The notes: a model not told the origin generated them from the letters alone. Counted from the stretch's first letter, positions 17,501-28,013 are shown. The stretch: 60,687 bases of DNA from Alphaproteobacteria bacterium (GCA_041557595.1 JBFFGE010000004.1:1-60687), one strand, 5' to 3'. Numbers and translations: made by a program.

Positions 17501-17606
17501 CTAGACGCTTTCTTGTTTATATTGACTCATATGAAAGAGTCTATCTCCTGGATTTTACGCAAACACGTCGTCGCGAACCGTTTCGGTTCGCTCGGGATTT
17601 GCCCTA
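17501..17606. repeat. Intergenic repeat family B, copy 3
   Basis: Aligns with copies 1 and 2; overlaps the TAG stop of the PPIase gene. Confidence 0.9.
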
Positions 17607-18413
17607 TTGCACCAGGGGACTCGATTCCGCGGCGATGGCAACACCGCAGATCGAGGCGTGGCCGGCCAGCAATTTGATGTATTGCGCGACCGCCCGCCGC
17701 CAGCTCGCCTCGTGAAGATAATCGGCGATGCGGGTTTGCACCGTTTCGAAGGGGAGGGCCGCTCCGGCGATTTTCTTGTCGAGCCGTAGCACGTGAACCC
17801 CATAGCGCGACTTCACCGGGACGGGACAAAGTTGGCCTTCTTCCAGATTGACGAGGAAGGTCTCGAACTCCGGAACCGTATCGCCGCGGGTAATCTGCCC
17901 GAGCCGGCCGCCATTCTGGGCCGAGGTGCAGTCCGATCGCTCCTTTGCCATCGCGCCGAAGGCGCCCGGATCGTGTTCCAGCGCCGCGATCGTCGCCTTG
18001 GCGTCCGCCACCGCCTTGCCGTAGGCCGCGTCATCTTTGGGGTCGGCGGCGAAAAGAATATGCGCGGCCTCAAAGAGATCGGGGCTTCGAAGGCGCGCCC
18101 GGTTGTTCTCGAAATAGCGGCGGCAGGTTTCTTCATCCGCTTCCGGCACGGTGACCTCGATCTCCAGCAATTGGCGGATGAGCGCGTCTTCCGGTGTTTC
18201 CCGGTTGCCGGCGGCATCCGTTTGCGGCAGCGGCGCGATGTGCAGGTCGCGCGCCTTCTGCAGCAGGAGTTCCCGAACGACCAATGCTTCCGTTGCGGCG
18301 GCGATGGCCTGATCCGGCGACGGCGCGGGATGGTTCTGCGCCTCCGCAAGGATTGCCGTTTCGGAAATTTCGACGTCGTTGATCTGGATCGCGGCGATCT
18401 GACTGCTGGACAT
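17604..18413 (-). CDS. Parvulin/PpiC-type peptidyl-prolyl isomerase (NifM-like), last gene of the nar operon
   Basis: AAHILF, SDCTSAQNGGRLG, TVPEFE, SRYGVHV parvulin motifs; starts 4 bp after narI. Confidence 0.9.
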   Translation of the reverse strand: MSSSQIAAIQINDVEISETAILAEAQNHPAPSPDQAIAAATEALVVRELLLQKARDLHIAPLPQTDAAGNRETPEDALIRQLLEIEVTVPEADEETCRRYFENNRARLRSPDLFEAAHILFAADPKDDAAYGKAVADAKATIAALEHDPGAFGAMAKERSDCTSAQNGGRLGQITRGDTVPEFETFLVNLEEGQLCPVPVKSRYGVHVLRLDKKIAGAALPFETVQTRIADYLHEASWRRAVAQYIKLLAGHASICGVAIAAESSPLVQ

Positions 18414-18417
18414 GGGC

Positions 18418-19146
18418 CTACTCCGCCGGTGCGTTGCGTCGGGATTGCACGGATTGCCACGACCGGCGCGACCGGACGACCTGATAGCCGGGGCGCCAGA
18501 GATAGCGCAGCGGTACGCTGAGCATGTGCACGAGGCGGGTGAAGGGGAATATCAGGAAAATGGTCAATCCCAGAAACAGGTGCAGCTTGAAGATGGGATG
18601 CGCATCCGCGACATAGGCTGCCGCGTCGGTATTGAAGGTGAAGATGCCGATGGCCCAGGCCATGAACTTGACCATCTCCATCCCGTCGAGATGGCCCATC
18701 GAGATCGGGATCGTCGCGAGACCGAGCAACAGTTGCAGCCACAGGATCAGGATGATCGCATTGTCGCCGAAGGTGGAGGTTGCCCGGATGCGCGGGTCGA
18801 ATAGCCGGCGATGGGCCAGCAGGGTCGCGCCGATCAGCGCCGCGGCGCCGGCGATCCCGCCGACGACGATGGCCATCAATTGCTTGAAGCCGTGCGAAAT
18901 TCCGAGTGCGTCGAAAATTTCGATCGGCGTCAACAAGCCGATCAGATGACCGAAGAAAACGATCAACACACCGACATGGAACAGCACCGAGCCCCACATG
19001 AGCTGGCGACGCCGCAAGAGCTGGCTCGATCCGGATCGCCAGGTATAGGGTTCGCGGTCGTAGCGAATGACCGACCCGACGGCGAGCACCGCGAGCGCGA
19101 TATACGGATAGATGCCGAAGACCACCGTATTCAGATATTCAGCCAT
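18418..19146 (-). CDS. narI: Respiratory nitrate reductase gamma subunit (cytochrome b)
   Basis: YPYIA, WRSGSSQLL, heme-ligating His residues (LFHVG, FGHL, KLHL, RLVH). Confidence 0.96.
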   Translation of the reverse strand: MAEYLNTVVFGIYPYIALAVLAVGSVIRYDREPYTWRSGSSQLLRRRQLMWGSVLFHVGVLIVFFGHLIGLLTPIEIFDALGISHGFKQLMAIVVGGIAGAAALIGATLLAHRRLFDPRIRATSTFGDNAIILILWLQLLLGLATIPISMGHLDGMEMVKFMAWAIGIFTFNTDAAAYVADAHPIFKLHLFLGLTIFLIFPFTRLVHMLSVPLRYLWRPGYQVVRSRRSWQSVQSRRNAPAE

Positions 19147-19158
19147 CCGATTGCCTCC

Positions 19159-19872
19159 TCACGATGCAGTTGGGTTTCGAGGGCGATCCATGCGCGCGAG
19201 CGTGTCGCGTATGGTTGGGCAGGCGCCGTCCGCGGCGCCCGGCGCGGCAGGAGCGCCCGGGCCGAAGTTCACGGCCGCTTCTTCCCAGACGCGATCGAGC
19301 GCGTTCAGGTCGTTCGGATCGTCCTCCGGTTCGGACAACAGGTCGTCGACGTCCTGCGTCTTTGCCTTTGCCCCGGGCAGCGCGGCGAGCGCGGCGAAAA
19401 CCGGCGTGTAGGCGCTTTTCCGTTTGCGATGCCGTTCCCGCAGCGCGGTCAGGATATGCAGCGGCTCGGCCAGTAAACCGAGCGCTTCCGCGAGCGGCAG
19501 GGTCGACAGGAACTCGAGGAAAAGCGGCAGGTAGTCGGGCAATTCCCGGGCCTCGATATACAGCCCGTTGCGCTCATACATCTGCATCAGATCGACCATG
19601 GCCTGGCCGCGATCCCGGCTCTCGCCGTGGATGTGCTCGAAGATATGCAGCGACAGCGTGCGCGTGCGGTCGAACAGGAACACGTAGCGCTCCTGAAGGT
19701 CGAACAGGTCCCGCGTCGCGATCTCGTCGATCAGGGCGTTCAGCCCGCGCCGGTGTTTTGCCGGCACGAGACCGTCCCGCTCGATCATTTGCTTCAGGTC
19801 GGGCGCGGCGGCGGCGACCGCCTCCGTCGGATAGCTGAGAAGGATCGACAGAGCCTTGAGCGTGCCGGTCAT
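19159..19872 (-). CDS. narJ: Nitrate reductase Moco assembly chaperone
   Basis: LLSYP, FEHIHGESRDRGQAM, ELPDYLPLFLEF. Confidence 0.96.
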   Translation of the reverse strand: MTGTLKALSILLSYPTEAVAAAAPDLKQMIERDGLVPAKHRRGLNALIDEIATRDLFDLQERYVFLFDRTRTLSLHIFEHIHGESRDRGQAMVDLMQMYERNGLYIEARELPDYLPLFLEFLSTLPLAEALGLLAEPLHILTALRERHRKRKSAYTPVFAALAALPGAKAKTQDVDDLLSEPEDDPNDLNALDRVWEEAAVNFGPGAPAAPGAADGACPTIRDTLARMDRPRNPTAS

Positions 19873-21398
19873 TACGATATCTCCATGGGCGTTTTCGCGG
19901 ATTTCTTCTTCGGATTGCCGAACAGGTTGGTCCCGGATGCGCCGTCCGAACAGCCATTGCCGAAACTGAAGCCGCAGGAGCCGCGCAGATCGTAGGCGTC
20001 TTCGTCTACCTCGCGATGCGCCGTCGGAATAACGAAACGGTCTTCGTAATTAGCGATCGCCATGATGTGATACATGTCCTCGATTTGCTGCGGCGACAGG
20101 CCGACGCGTTCCGCGATTGGTTCGTTGATGACGCCGTCGATCGTCTTGGAGCGCATGTAGCCGCGCATGGCGAGCATGCGCTCGAGCCCCTGAACCACCG
20201 GCTCTTCCTTTCCGGCGGTCAGCAGGTTCGCCAGATAGCGGATCGGGATGCGCAGCGACCGAACATCCGGCAGGTCGCCGTCGACGCCGATCTTGTTGGC
20301 TTCGGCGGCGGATTGGATCGGCGACAATGGCGGCACGTACCAGACCATCGGCAGCGTCCGGTATTCGGGGTGCAGCGGGAAAGCGACTTTCCAGTCCATC
20401 GCCATCTTGTAGACCGGCGATTTCTGCGCGGCGTCCAGCCACGTCTGCGGCACGCCGTCGGACAACGCCTGGGCGATGATCGCCGGGTCGTTCGGGTCGA
20501 GGAAGATGCCGAGCTGCGCATCGTAGAGATCGCCCTCGTCGGGCACCGATGCGGCTTCCTCGATCCGGTCCGCGTCGTAGAGCAGGACGCCGAGATAGCG
20601 GATACGGCCGACGCAGGTCTCGGAGCAGACGGTCGGCTGGCCCGCCTCGATGCGGGGATAACAGAAGATGCATTTTTCGGATTTCCCGCTCGACCAGTTG
20701 TAATAGATTTTCTTATAGGGACAGCCGGAGACGCACATCCGCCAGCCACGGCACTTCTCCTGGTCGATCAGGACGATGCCGTCCTCCTCGCGCTTGTAGA
20801 TTGCGCCGGACGGACAGGCGGCGACGCAAGTGGGGTTGAGGCAATGCTCGCACAGCCGCGGCAGATACATCATGAAGGTGTTTTCGAACTGTCCGTAGAT
20901 TTCCTTCTCGATGCCGTCGAAATTGGTGTCGGCGGATCGCTTGGAGAATTCGCCGCCGAGGATTTCCTCCCAGTTCGGCCCCCACTCGATCTTCTCCATG
21001 CGTTCGCCGGTGATGAGCGAGCGCGGCCGCGCGGTCGGCGTCGCTTCCATCTCCGGCGCATTCTGCAAATGCTCGTAGTCGAAGGTGAAGGGCTCGTAGT
21101 AGTCGTCGATCTCGGGCAGATCCGGGTTTGCGAAGATCTTTGCGAGAATCCGCCATTTCGGCCCCATCTTCGGCCTGATCTTGCCGCCGCCGGTTTTCTC
21201 CCAGCCGCCGTTCCAGCGCTTCTGGTTCTCCCACTCCTTGGGGTAGCCGATGCCGGGCTTGGTCTCGACATTGTTGAACCAGGCGTATTCCATGCCCTCG
21301 CGGTTGGTCCAGACGTTCTTGCAGGTGACGGAGCAGGTGTGGCACCCGATGCATTTATCGAGATTCAGGACCATGCCGATTTGCGCGCGTATCTTCAT
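19872..21398 (-). CDS. narH: Respiratory nitrate reductase beta subunit
   Basis: MKIRAQIGMVLNLDKCIGCHTCSVTCKNVW plus further Fe-S Cys clusters; ATGA overlap with the narG stop. Confidence 0.97.
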   Translation of the reverse strand: MKIRAQIGMVLNLDKCIGCHTCSVTCKNVWTNREGMEYAWFNNVETKPGIGYPKEWENQKRWNGGWEKTGGGKIRPKMGPKWRILAKIFANPDLPEIDDYYEPFTFDYEHLQNAPEMEATPTARPRSLITGERMEKIEWGPNWEEILGGEFSKRSADTNFDGIEKEIYGQFENTFMMYLPRLCEHCLNPTCVAACPSGAIYKREEDGIVLIDQEKCRGWRMCVSGCPYKKIYYNWSSGKSEKCIFCYPRIEAGQPTVCSETCVGRIRYLGVLLYDADRIEEAASVPDEGDLYDAQLGIFLDPNDPAIIAQALSDGVPQTWLDAAQKSPVYKMAMDWKVAFPLHPEYRTLPMVWYVPPLSPIQSAAEANKIGVDGDLPDVRSLRIPIRYLANLLTAGKEEPVVQGLERMLAMRGYMRSKTIDGVINEPIAERVGLSPQQIEDMYHIMAIANYEDRFVIPTAHREVDEDAYDLRGSCGFSFGNGCSDGASGTNLFGNPKKKSAKTPMEIS

Positions 21399-24300
21399 TC
21401 TGCCGCCTCCAGGGCCGGGGTTGCGGGACGGTCGAGCCAGTCGACTTTTTCCATCTTGCGAACGATGACGAACTCGTCTCGGTTCGATCCGACCGTTCCG
21501 TAGTAGTTGAAGCCGTAGGATTGCTGGGCGTAGCCGCCGATCATGTGGGTCGGCTTGACGATGGTTCGCGTGACCGAGTTGTGAATGCCGCCGCGCTGTC
21601 CGGTCAGTTCCGAGCCCGGCGTATTCACGATCTTCTCCTGGGCGTGATACATGAAGATCGTGCCTTCCTTCATGCGCTGGGAGACGACCGCGCGCGCGGT
21701 CAGCGCGCCGTTGACGTTGTAGGCCTCGACCCAGTCGTTGTCTTCGATGTCGGCTTTCTTCGCATCGACCTCGGAGAGCCAGACCACCGGTCCGCCGCGA
21801 TTCAGCGTGAGCATCAGCAAATTGTCGCTGTAGGTGGAGTGAATGCCCCATTTCTGGTGCGGCGTGATGAAGTTGAGGACGACATGCGGATTGCCGTTGG
21901 ATTTCTCGTCGATGATCGGCTTGACGGTCTTGAGGTCGACCGGCGGGCGATAGACGCAGAGGCCTTCGCCGAAGGCGCGCATCCACAAATGATCCTGATA
22001 GAGCTGCTGGCGGCCGGTCAGGGTGCGCCAGGGAATCAGCTCGTGGACGTTGGTGTAGCCGGCGTTGTAGCAGACATTTTCAGATTCCAGCCCCGACCAG
22101 ATGGGCGAGGAGATGATCTTGCGCGGCTGCGCGACCACGTCGCGGAAGCGGATTTTCTCGTCTTCTTTCGGCACCGCCAAATGGGTGTGGTCGCGGCCGG
22201 TGTTCTTCGACAGGGCGTCCCACGCCTTTACCGCCACTTCGCCGTTGGTCTCCGGCGCGAGCATGAGGATCACTTCGGTCGCGTCGATGTCGGTTTCGAT
22301 ACGCGGCATGCCCTTGGTCGGGCCGTCCTCGGTCACGGCGCCGTTCAGCGCGGCGAGATTTTCGACTTCATGTTCGGTGTTCCAGTTGATGCCCTTGCCG
22401 CCATTGCCGATTTCGGTCATCAGCGGCCCCAGCGCGGTAAAGCGTTTGTACAGGTTGGGATAGTCGCGCTCGATGACGGCGATTTGCGGCATCGTCTTGC
22501 CGGGAATGGGATCGGTCTCGCCGCGTTTCCAGTCCTTCACGTCGAGCGCCTGGGCGATTTCCGCCGGCGTGTCGTGCAGGATCGGCACCAGGACCACGTC
22601 CGTTTCGACGCCGAGGACCTCCGGCGCCACGTCGGAGAAGGCTTTGGCGAGTCCCTTGTAGATGTCCCAGTCCGACCGGCATTCCCACACCGGGTCCACC
22701 GCGCTGGTCAGCGGGTGGATGAACGGATGCATGTCGGAGGTGTTGAGGTCGTTCTTCTCGTACCAGGTCGCGGTCGGCAGGACGATGTCGGAATAGACGC
22801 AGGTGGTCGACATGCGGAAGTCGAGCGTGACCAGCAGGTCGAGCTTTCCTTCCGGCGCGTCGTCGTGCCAGGCGACTTCCTGCGGCTTCTCTCCGCCCTG
22901 CTCGCCCAGATCCTTGTTCATCACCCCATGCGAGGTGCCGAGCAGATGCTTCAGGAAATATTCGTGCCCCTTGCCCGATGAGCCGAGCAGGTTGGAGCGC
23001 CAGACGAACAGGTTGCGCGGCCAATTGGCCGGATCGTCCGGATCCTCGCACGACAGGTGCAGGTCGCCGGACTGCAACGCGTCGACGACATAGTCCTTGG
23101 GCTCTTTCCCCGCCTTCTCGGCGGCGGCCGCGATTTGCAACGGATTGGTCTTGAGCTGCGGTGCGGAAGGCAACCACCCCATCCGTTCGGCACGGACATT
23201 GTAGTCGATGAGCGAGCCGTCCCACGGACCTTCCGGCGCGGTCGGCGACAGAATCTCGTCGACGCCGAGCGATTCGTAGCGCCACTGGTCGGTATGGGCG
23301 TACCAGAACGACGTGGAATTCATTTGGCGCGGCGGGCGCCCCCAATCGAGCCCGAAGGCCAGGGGCTGCCAGCCGGTCTGCGGCCGCAGTTTTTCCTGTC
23401 CGACATAATGCGACCAGCCGCCGCCCGATTGCCCGACGCAGCCGCACATGACGAGGAGGTTGATGATGCCCCGGTAGTTCATGTCCATGTGGTACCAGTG
23501 GTTCAACCCCGCCCCCAGGATGACCATGGATTTGCCGTTGGTCTTTTCGGCGTTGTCGGCGAATTCGCGCGCGACGGTGATGATCTGGGCGGCCGGCACG
23601 CCGGTGATCGATTCCGCCCAGGCCGGCGTGTAGGGGGTGTTCGCGTCGTAATCCACGGCAACATGCTCGCCGCCCAAACCGCGGTCGATGCCGTAATTGG
23701 CGACGAACAGGTCGAATACCGTCGCGACCAGCGTGTCGCCGTCTTTCAGGGTTACCGATTTCACCGGCACCTTGCGATAGAGCACGCCCGGATGGTCGGT
23801 TCCCTTGAAGTGGTCGTGTTCGCGATTGCCGAAATAGGGGAAGCCGATGTCGACCACGTCGTCCCGGTCGCTTTCCCCGATCAGGGAGAGCAGCAAATCG
23901 GTCTCGTTGCCGTCGGCGTCTTTCTCCTCAAGGTTCCATTTGCCCTGTTCGCCCCAGCGAAAGCCGACCGACCCGTTCGGCGCGACGATCTTGCCGCTCT
24001 TGCGGTCGAGCGCGGCGGTCTTCCAGTCCGGATTGTTCGATTGGCCGAGGCCGTCCGCGAAGTCCGAGGCGCGCAGCAGCCGTTCGGGCACGTAGCGGCC
24101 ATCCTTCTGAACCAGCCTGACCAGCATGGGCATGTCGGTGTATTGCCGCGCATAGTCGGTGAAATATCCGACCTGCCGATCGATATGGAATTCGCGCAGG
24201 ATCACATGGCCGAGCGCCATGGCGAGGGCGGAATCTGTGCCGGGAGTCGGATGGAGCCAGAGGTCGGAGAATTTCGCCGCTTCGGAATAATCCGGGCTGA

Positions 24301-25141
24301 CCACCACGGATTTGGCGCCCCGGTACCGCGCTTCCGTATAAAAGTGCGCGTCCGGCGTCCTTGTCTGCGGCACGTTCGATCCCCACAGGATCAGGAATCC
24401 GGAGTTGTACCAGTCGGCGCTCTCGGGAACGTCCGTCTGCTCGCCCCAGGTTTGCGGCGATGCCGGCGGCAGATCGCAGTACCAGTCGTAGAACGACATG
24501 CAGACGCCGCCCATTAGCGACAGGTAACGCGATCCGGCGGCATAGGAGACCATGGACATTGCCGGAATCGGCGAGAAGCCGATCACCCGATCGGGGCCGT
24601 ATGTTTTTGCGGTATAGGCGTTGGCCGACGCGACGATCTCGTTGACCTCGGTCCAGTCGGCGCGGACGAAGCCGCCGAGGCCGCGCTTCGACGTATAGGA
24701 ATTGCGCTTCGCCGGATCCTCGACGATGGATTTCCAGGCGGCGACCGGGCTCAGCGTCTTGCGCGCGTCGCGCCACAGCTTGACGAGCCGCGAGCGGACG
24801 AGCGGATATTTCACCCGGTTGCCGGAATAGAGATACCAGCTATAGCTTGCGCCCCGGGAGCAGCCGCGCGGTTCGTGGTTCGGCAGGTCGGGCCGGGTGC
24901 GCGGATAGTCGGTCTGCTGCGTTTCCCAGGTGACGATGCCGCCCTTGACGTAGATCTTCCAGGAACACGAACCGGTGCAGTTCACGCCATGGGTCGAGCG
25001 TACGATCTTGTCGTGCTGCCAGCGCTGCCGGTAGCTCCCTTCCCAGTCGCGGTTCTCCCCCGTGGTAACGCCGTGCCCGTCCGAGAATTCACCGAGTTTC
25101 TTATTTGAAAAAAAGTTTAGTCGGTCCAGCAAATGGCTCAT
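21395..25141 (-). CDS. narG: Respiratory nitrate reductase alpha subunit
   Basis: 1248 aa; STHGVNCTGSC FS0 motif, YDWYCDLP Mo-ligand Asp, HYVGQEK, TPHQKWGIHS; no Tat signal. Confidence 0.97.
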   Translation of the reverse strand: MSHLLDRLNFFSNKKLGEFSDGHGVTTGENRDWEGSYRQRWQHDKIVRSTHGVNCTGSCSWKIYVKGGIVTWETQQTDYPRTRPDLPNHEPRGCSRGASYSWYLYSGNRVKYPLVRSRLVKLWRDARKTLSPVAAWKSIVEDPAKRNSYTSKRGLGGFVRADWTEVNEIVASANAYTAKTYGPDRVIGFSPIPAMSMVSYAAGSRYLSLMGGVCMSFYDWYCDLPPASPQTWGEQTDVPESADWYNSGFLILWGSNVPQTRTPDAHFYTEARYRGAKSVVVSPDYSEAAKFSDLWLHPTPGTDSALAMALGHVILREFHIDRQVGYFTDYARQYTDMPMLVRLVQKDGRYVPERLLRASDFADGLGQSNNPDWKTAALDRKSGKIVAPNGSVGFRWGEQGKWNLEEKDADGNETDLLLSLIGESDRDDVVDIGFPYFGNREHDHFKGTDHPGVLYRKVPVKSVTLKDGDTLVATVFDLFVANYGIDRGLGGEHVAVDYDANTPYTPAWAESITGVPAAQIITVAREFADNAEKTNGKSMVILGAGLNHWYHMDMNYRGIINLLVMCGCVGQSGGGWSHYVGQEKLRPQTGWQPLAFGLDWGRPPRQMNSTSFWYAHTDQWRYESLGVDEILSPTAPEGPWDGSLIDYNVRAERMGWLPSAPQLKTNPLQIAAAAEKAGKEPKDYVVDALQSGDLHLSCEDPDDPANWPRNLFVWRSNLLGSSGKGHEYFLKHLLGTSHGVMNKDLGEQGGEKPQEVAWHDDAPEGKLDLLVTLDFRMSTTCVYSDIVLPTATWYEKNDLNTSDMHPFIHPLTSAVDPVWECRSDWDIYKGLAKAFSDVAPEVLGVETDVVLVPILHDTPAEIAQALDVKDWKRGETDPIPGKTMPQIAVIERDYPNLYKRFTALGPLMTEIGNGGKGINWNTEHEVENLAALNGAVTEDGPTKGMPRIETDIDATEVILMLAPETNGEVAVKAWDALSKNTGRDHTHLAVPKEDEKIRFRDVVAQPRKIISSPIWSGLESENVCYNAGYTNVHELIPWRTLTGRQQLYQDHLWMRAFGEGLCVYRPPVDLKTVKPIIDEKSNGNPHVVLNFITPHQKWGIHSTYSDNLLMLTLNRGGPVVWLSEVDAKKADIEDNDWVEAYNVNGALTARAVVSQRMKEGTIFMYHAQEKIVNTPGSELTGQRGGIHNSVTRTIVKPTHMIGGYAQQSYGFNYYGTVGSNRDEFVIVRKMEKVDWLDRPATPALEAAE

Positions 25142-25163
25142 CGATATTTTCCTTTGTCGGGCG

Positions 25164-26558
25164 TCAGCACGGTACGGGTGCGTTGCGGCGGGTATAGAAA
25201 ATCCAGGTCACGGCGACGCAGAGCGCGTAGAAGGCGATGAAGAGGTAAAGCGCCAGTTCGGGGCCGCCGGTCAGGGTGATCGACGTGCCGTACGCCTTCG
25301 GAATGAAGAAGGCGCCGTAGGCGGCGATCGCCGAGGTGAAGGCGATGATCGCCGCCGATTCGCGTTCGGCCTGGCGAAGGAACTGCGTCTCGTCGAGCCC
25401 CGGCATGAGACGCGTCACTTCCTGGCGCATGATCGATGGGATCATCTGGAAGGTGGAGGCGTTGCCCACGCCGGTTGCGAAGAACAGCACCATGAACATG
25501 GCGAAAAATCCCCAGAACGCGCCCGGCTCGGTCTTGATGCCGAGGAAGAACAGCACGCCGGCGACCGCCGCGATCATCACCAGAAATGTCCAGAACGTGA
25601 CGCGCCCGCCGCCGAGCTTGTCGGAGATCCAGCCGGTCGCCGCGCGGCTCAGCGCGCCCACCAGCGGCCCGAGGAAGACGAATTGCAGCGAGTTCACGTC
25701 GGGGAATTGCGTCTTGGCGAGCAGCGGAAAGCCTGCCGAATATCCGATGAAGGAGCCGAAGGTGCCGGTGTAGAGCACGCACATGATCCAGTTGTGCTTG
25801 CGCTTGAATATGATCGATTGTTCCTTGAACGACGCCCTGGCGCTTTCGATGTTGTCCATGCCGAACCAGGCGGCGAGGGCGGTGACGATCAGAAACGGCA
25901 CCCAGACGAAGCCGGCGTTCTGCAGCCAGAGTTTCGTGCCGTCGGATGTCACCTGCGGCTCGCCGCCGATGGCGCCGAACACGCCCGCGGTAATCACCAG
26001 CGGCACGACGAACTGCATGACGCTCACACCGGCATTGCCGAGCCCCGCATTGAGGGCGAGCGCGTTGCCCTTTTCCGTTTTCGGATAGAAGAAGCTGATA
26101 TTCGCCATCGAGGAGGCGAAATTGCCGCCGCCCAAACCGCACAGCAGCGCAAGGCCGAGGAACATGACATACGGCGTCTCGGGATTTTGCACGGCGAAGC
26201 CGATGCCGATCGCCGGGATCAACAGCGACGCCGTGGACAGCGCGGTCCAGAGCCGCCCGCCGAAGATCGGCACCATGAAGGAGTAGAAGATGCGCAACGT
26301 CGCACCCGACAGGCCCGGCAGGGCGGCGAGCCAGAAAAGCTGATCCGTCGTATAGGCGAATCCGATCGCCGGCAGCTTGGCGACGACGACGCTCCAGACC
26401 AGCCAAACCGAGAATGCCAATAGGAGGCAGGGGATCGAGATCCATAAATTCTTCGACGCGATCTTGCGGCCGGATGCTTGCCAGAACGCCGGGTCGTCCG
26501 GCCTCCAGTCCTTGAGCGTATGGCCTTCGCGGGCGATTGCGGTTTCGGCGGCTGGCAT
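25164..26558 (-). CDS. narK: NarK-family nitrate/nitrite transporter (NarK2/NarU-like)
   Basis: NLWISIPCLLLAFSVW, GGGNFASSM, TFGSFIGYSAGF, GNASTFQMIP. Confidence 0.93.
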   Translation of the reverse strand: MPAAETAIAREGHTLKDWRPDDPAFWQASGRKIASKNLWISIPCLLLAFSVWLVWSVVVAKLPAIGFAYTTDQLFWLAALPGLSGATLRIFYSFMVPIFGGRLWTALSTASLLIPAIGIGFAVQNPETPYVMFLGLALLCGLGGGNFASSMANISFFYPKTEKGNALALNAGLGNAGVSVMQFVVPLVITAGVFGAIGGEPQVTSDGTKLWLQNAGFVWVPFLIVTALAAWFGMDNIESARASFKEQSIIFKRKHNWIMCVLYTGTFGSFIGYSAGFPLLAKTQFPDVNSLQFVFLGPLVGALSRAATGWISDKLGGGRVTFWTFLVMIAAVAGVLFFLGIKTEPGAFWGFFAMFMVLFFATGVGNASTFQMIPSIMRQEVTRLMPGLDETQFLRQAERESAAIIAFTSAIAAYGAFFIPKAYGTSITLTGGPELALYLFIAFYALCVAVTWIFYTRRNAPVPC

Positions 26559-26612
26559 GATGTGTCCTCCTGCTTGACCGGCCGGGCAAAACCCGCGCCG
26601 GTCGCCGGGTTA

Positions 26613-28013
26613 TTATCGGGCGGGGCTAGTTTGGCGGGGCGGACCGGTCGGATCCGGGGCCGATTCCTTGCGCCTGTTCGGGCCGAGCGCGCCTTCATGC
26701 TCGGGGCGATGCATGTGGGCGAGCTCGGGAAGTTCCGGTAGTCCCGCCAATTGATCGCCGGATGCGCGCTTCTCCATGCGCAGGATGGCGAAGTGCATCC
26801 AAAGCAGCGCAATCGAAACCAGCACGAACAGCAGCATGAAGCAGCTGGTCGAGACGCCGGTCAGATCGTTCATGGCGCCGAACGCGATGGGCAGGACGAA
26901 ACCGCCAAGCCCGCCGATCATGCCGACGAGCCCGCCGACCGAGCCCACATGGTCGGGGTAATAGACCGGGATGTGCTTGTAGACCGCAGCCTTGCCCAGG
27001 CTCATGACGAAGCCGAGGATGAAGGTCAGCGCCACGAAGGGATAAAGCCCCATGTTGATGGTGAAGGAGATCGGCCCTTCGATGCCCTTCACCACGTATT
27101 GCGTGTCGGGATATGACAGCAGGAAGCAGCACAGTGCCGAAACGCCGAAGGTCCAGTACATGATCGTCCGCGCGCCGTATTTGTCGGACAGAAACCCGCC
27201 ATAGGCGCGAAAGATGCTGGCCGGCACCGAGTAGAGTGCGGCGAGTATTCCGGCCGTCTTGATGTCGAGGCTGTAGACGCCGACAAGATAGCGGGGCAGC
27301 CACAACGCCAGTGCGACGAACGCGCCGAACACGAAAAAGTAATAGATTGCGAAGCGCCACACCTGCTGATTCTTGAGCGGCTTGAGTTGCAACAACGCGC
27401 CGCGGACCTTTTCGCAGCTCGCCTTTCTGGCTTTCAGATCCGGGTCGTCCTCGGTGGTGAACCAGAAGACGATTGCGGTGACCACGAGCGCGCCGGCCCA
27501 GACTTGCGCGACCATCGGCCACCCGAATGCCACGAGCACGAAGGGCGCGACGAATTTCGTGACGGCGGCGCCCACATTGCCGGCGCCGAAGATGCCGAGC
27601 GCGGTTCCCTGTTTTTCCGTCGGGTACCATTTCGAGACATAGGCGATGCCGACCGCGAAGGACCCCCCCGCGAGGCCGAGCCCGAGGGCGGCGACAAGCA
27701 TCATTTCGTAGGTCGTCGCGTAAGACAGCAGAAATGTCGCGATGGCCGCCAGGATCATCGTCAGGAAATAGACGATCCTGCCGCCATATTGGTCGGTCCA
27801 GATGCCGAGAAAGATCCGGCTCAACGATCCGGTCAGGATCGGCGTACCCGCCAGCAAGCCGAATTGGGTATCCGAGAGGCCGAGGTCCTGTTTGATTCTG
27901 ACGCCGATGATCGAAAAGATCGTCCAGACGGCGAAACATACCGTAAAGGCCAGCGTGCTCATACCGAGGATGCGCGTCTGTTGCGACGACGTAACCGAGT
28001 CGAGTCCGTTCAT
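26613..28013 (-). CDS. narK: NarK-family nitrate transporter (NarK1-like)
   Basis: AFTVCFAVWTIFSIIG, GGSFAVG, FGAGNVG, GKAAVYKHIP; GAGGGG RBS 9 nt before ATG 28013. Confidence 0.92.
   Translation of the reverse strand: MNGLDSVTSSQQTRILGMSTLAFTVCFAVWTIFSIIGVRIKQDLGLSDTQFGLLAGTPILTGSLSRIFLGIWTDQYGGRIVYFLTMILAAIATFLLSYATTYEMMLVAALGLGLAGGSFAVGIAYVSKWYPTEKQGTALGIFGAGNVGAAVTKFVAPFVLVAFGWPMVAQVWAGALVVTAIVFWFTTEDDPDLKARKASCEKVRGALLQLKPLKNQQVWRFAIYYFFVFGAFVALALWLPRYLVGVYSLDIKTAGILAALYSVPASIFRAYGGFLSDKYGARTIMYWTFGVSALCCFLLSYPDTQYVVKGIEGPISFTINMGLYPFVALTFILGFVMSLGKAAVYKHIPVYYPDHVGSVGGLVGMIGGLGGFVLPIAFGAMNDLTGVSTSCFMLLFVLVSIALLWMHFAILRMEKRASGDQLAGLPELPELAHMHRPEHEGALGPNRRKESAPDPTGPPRQTSPAR

Noticed and set aside
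6614-17606. Repeats as a CRISPR array or IS ends
   Set aside because: Copies are dispersed, 75-107 bp long, without regular spacers; no cas or transposase gene is present.
19872-21986. 704-aa extended NarH
   Set aside because: The extension overlaps narG in another frame; the canonical MKIRAQ start at 21398 has an RBS and an ATGA overlap.
21395-25141. Possible nitrite oxidoreductase or perchlorate/chlorate reductase
   Set aside because: No Tat signal; canonical narGHJI with two narK genes and an FNR box indicate an ordinary respiratory Nar.
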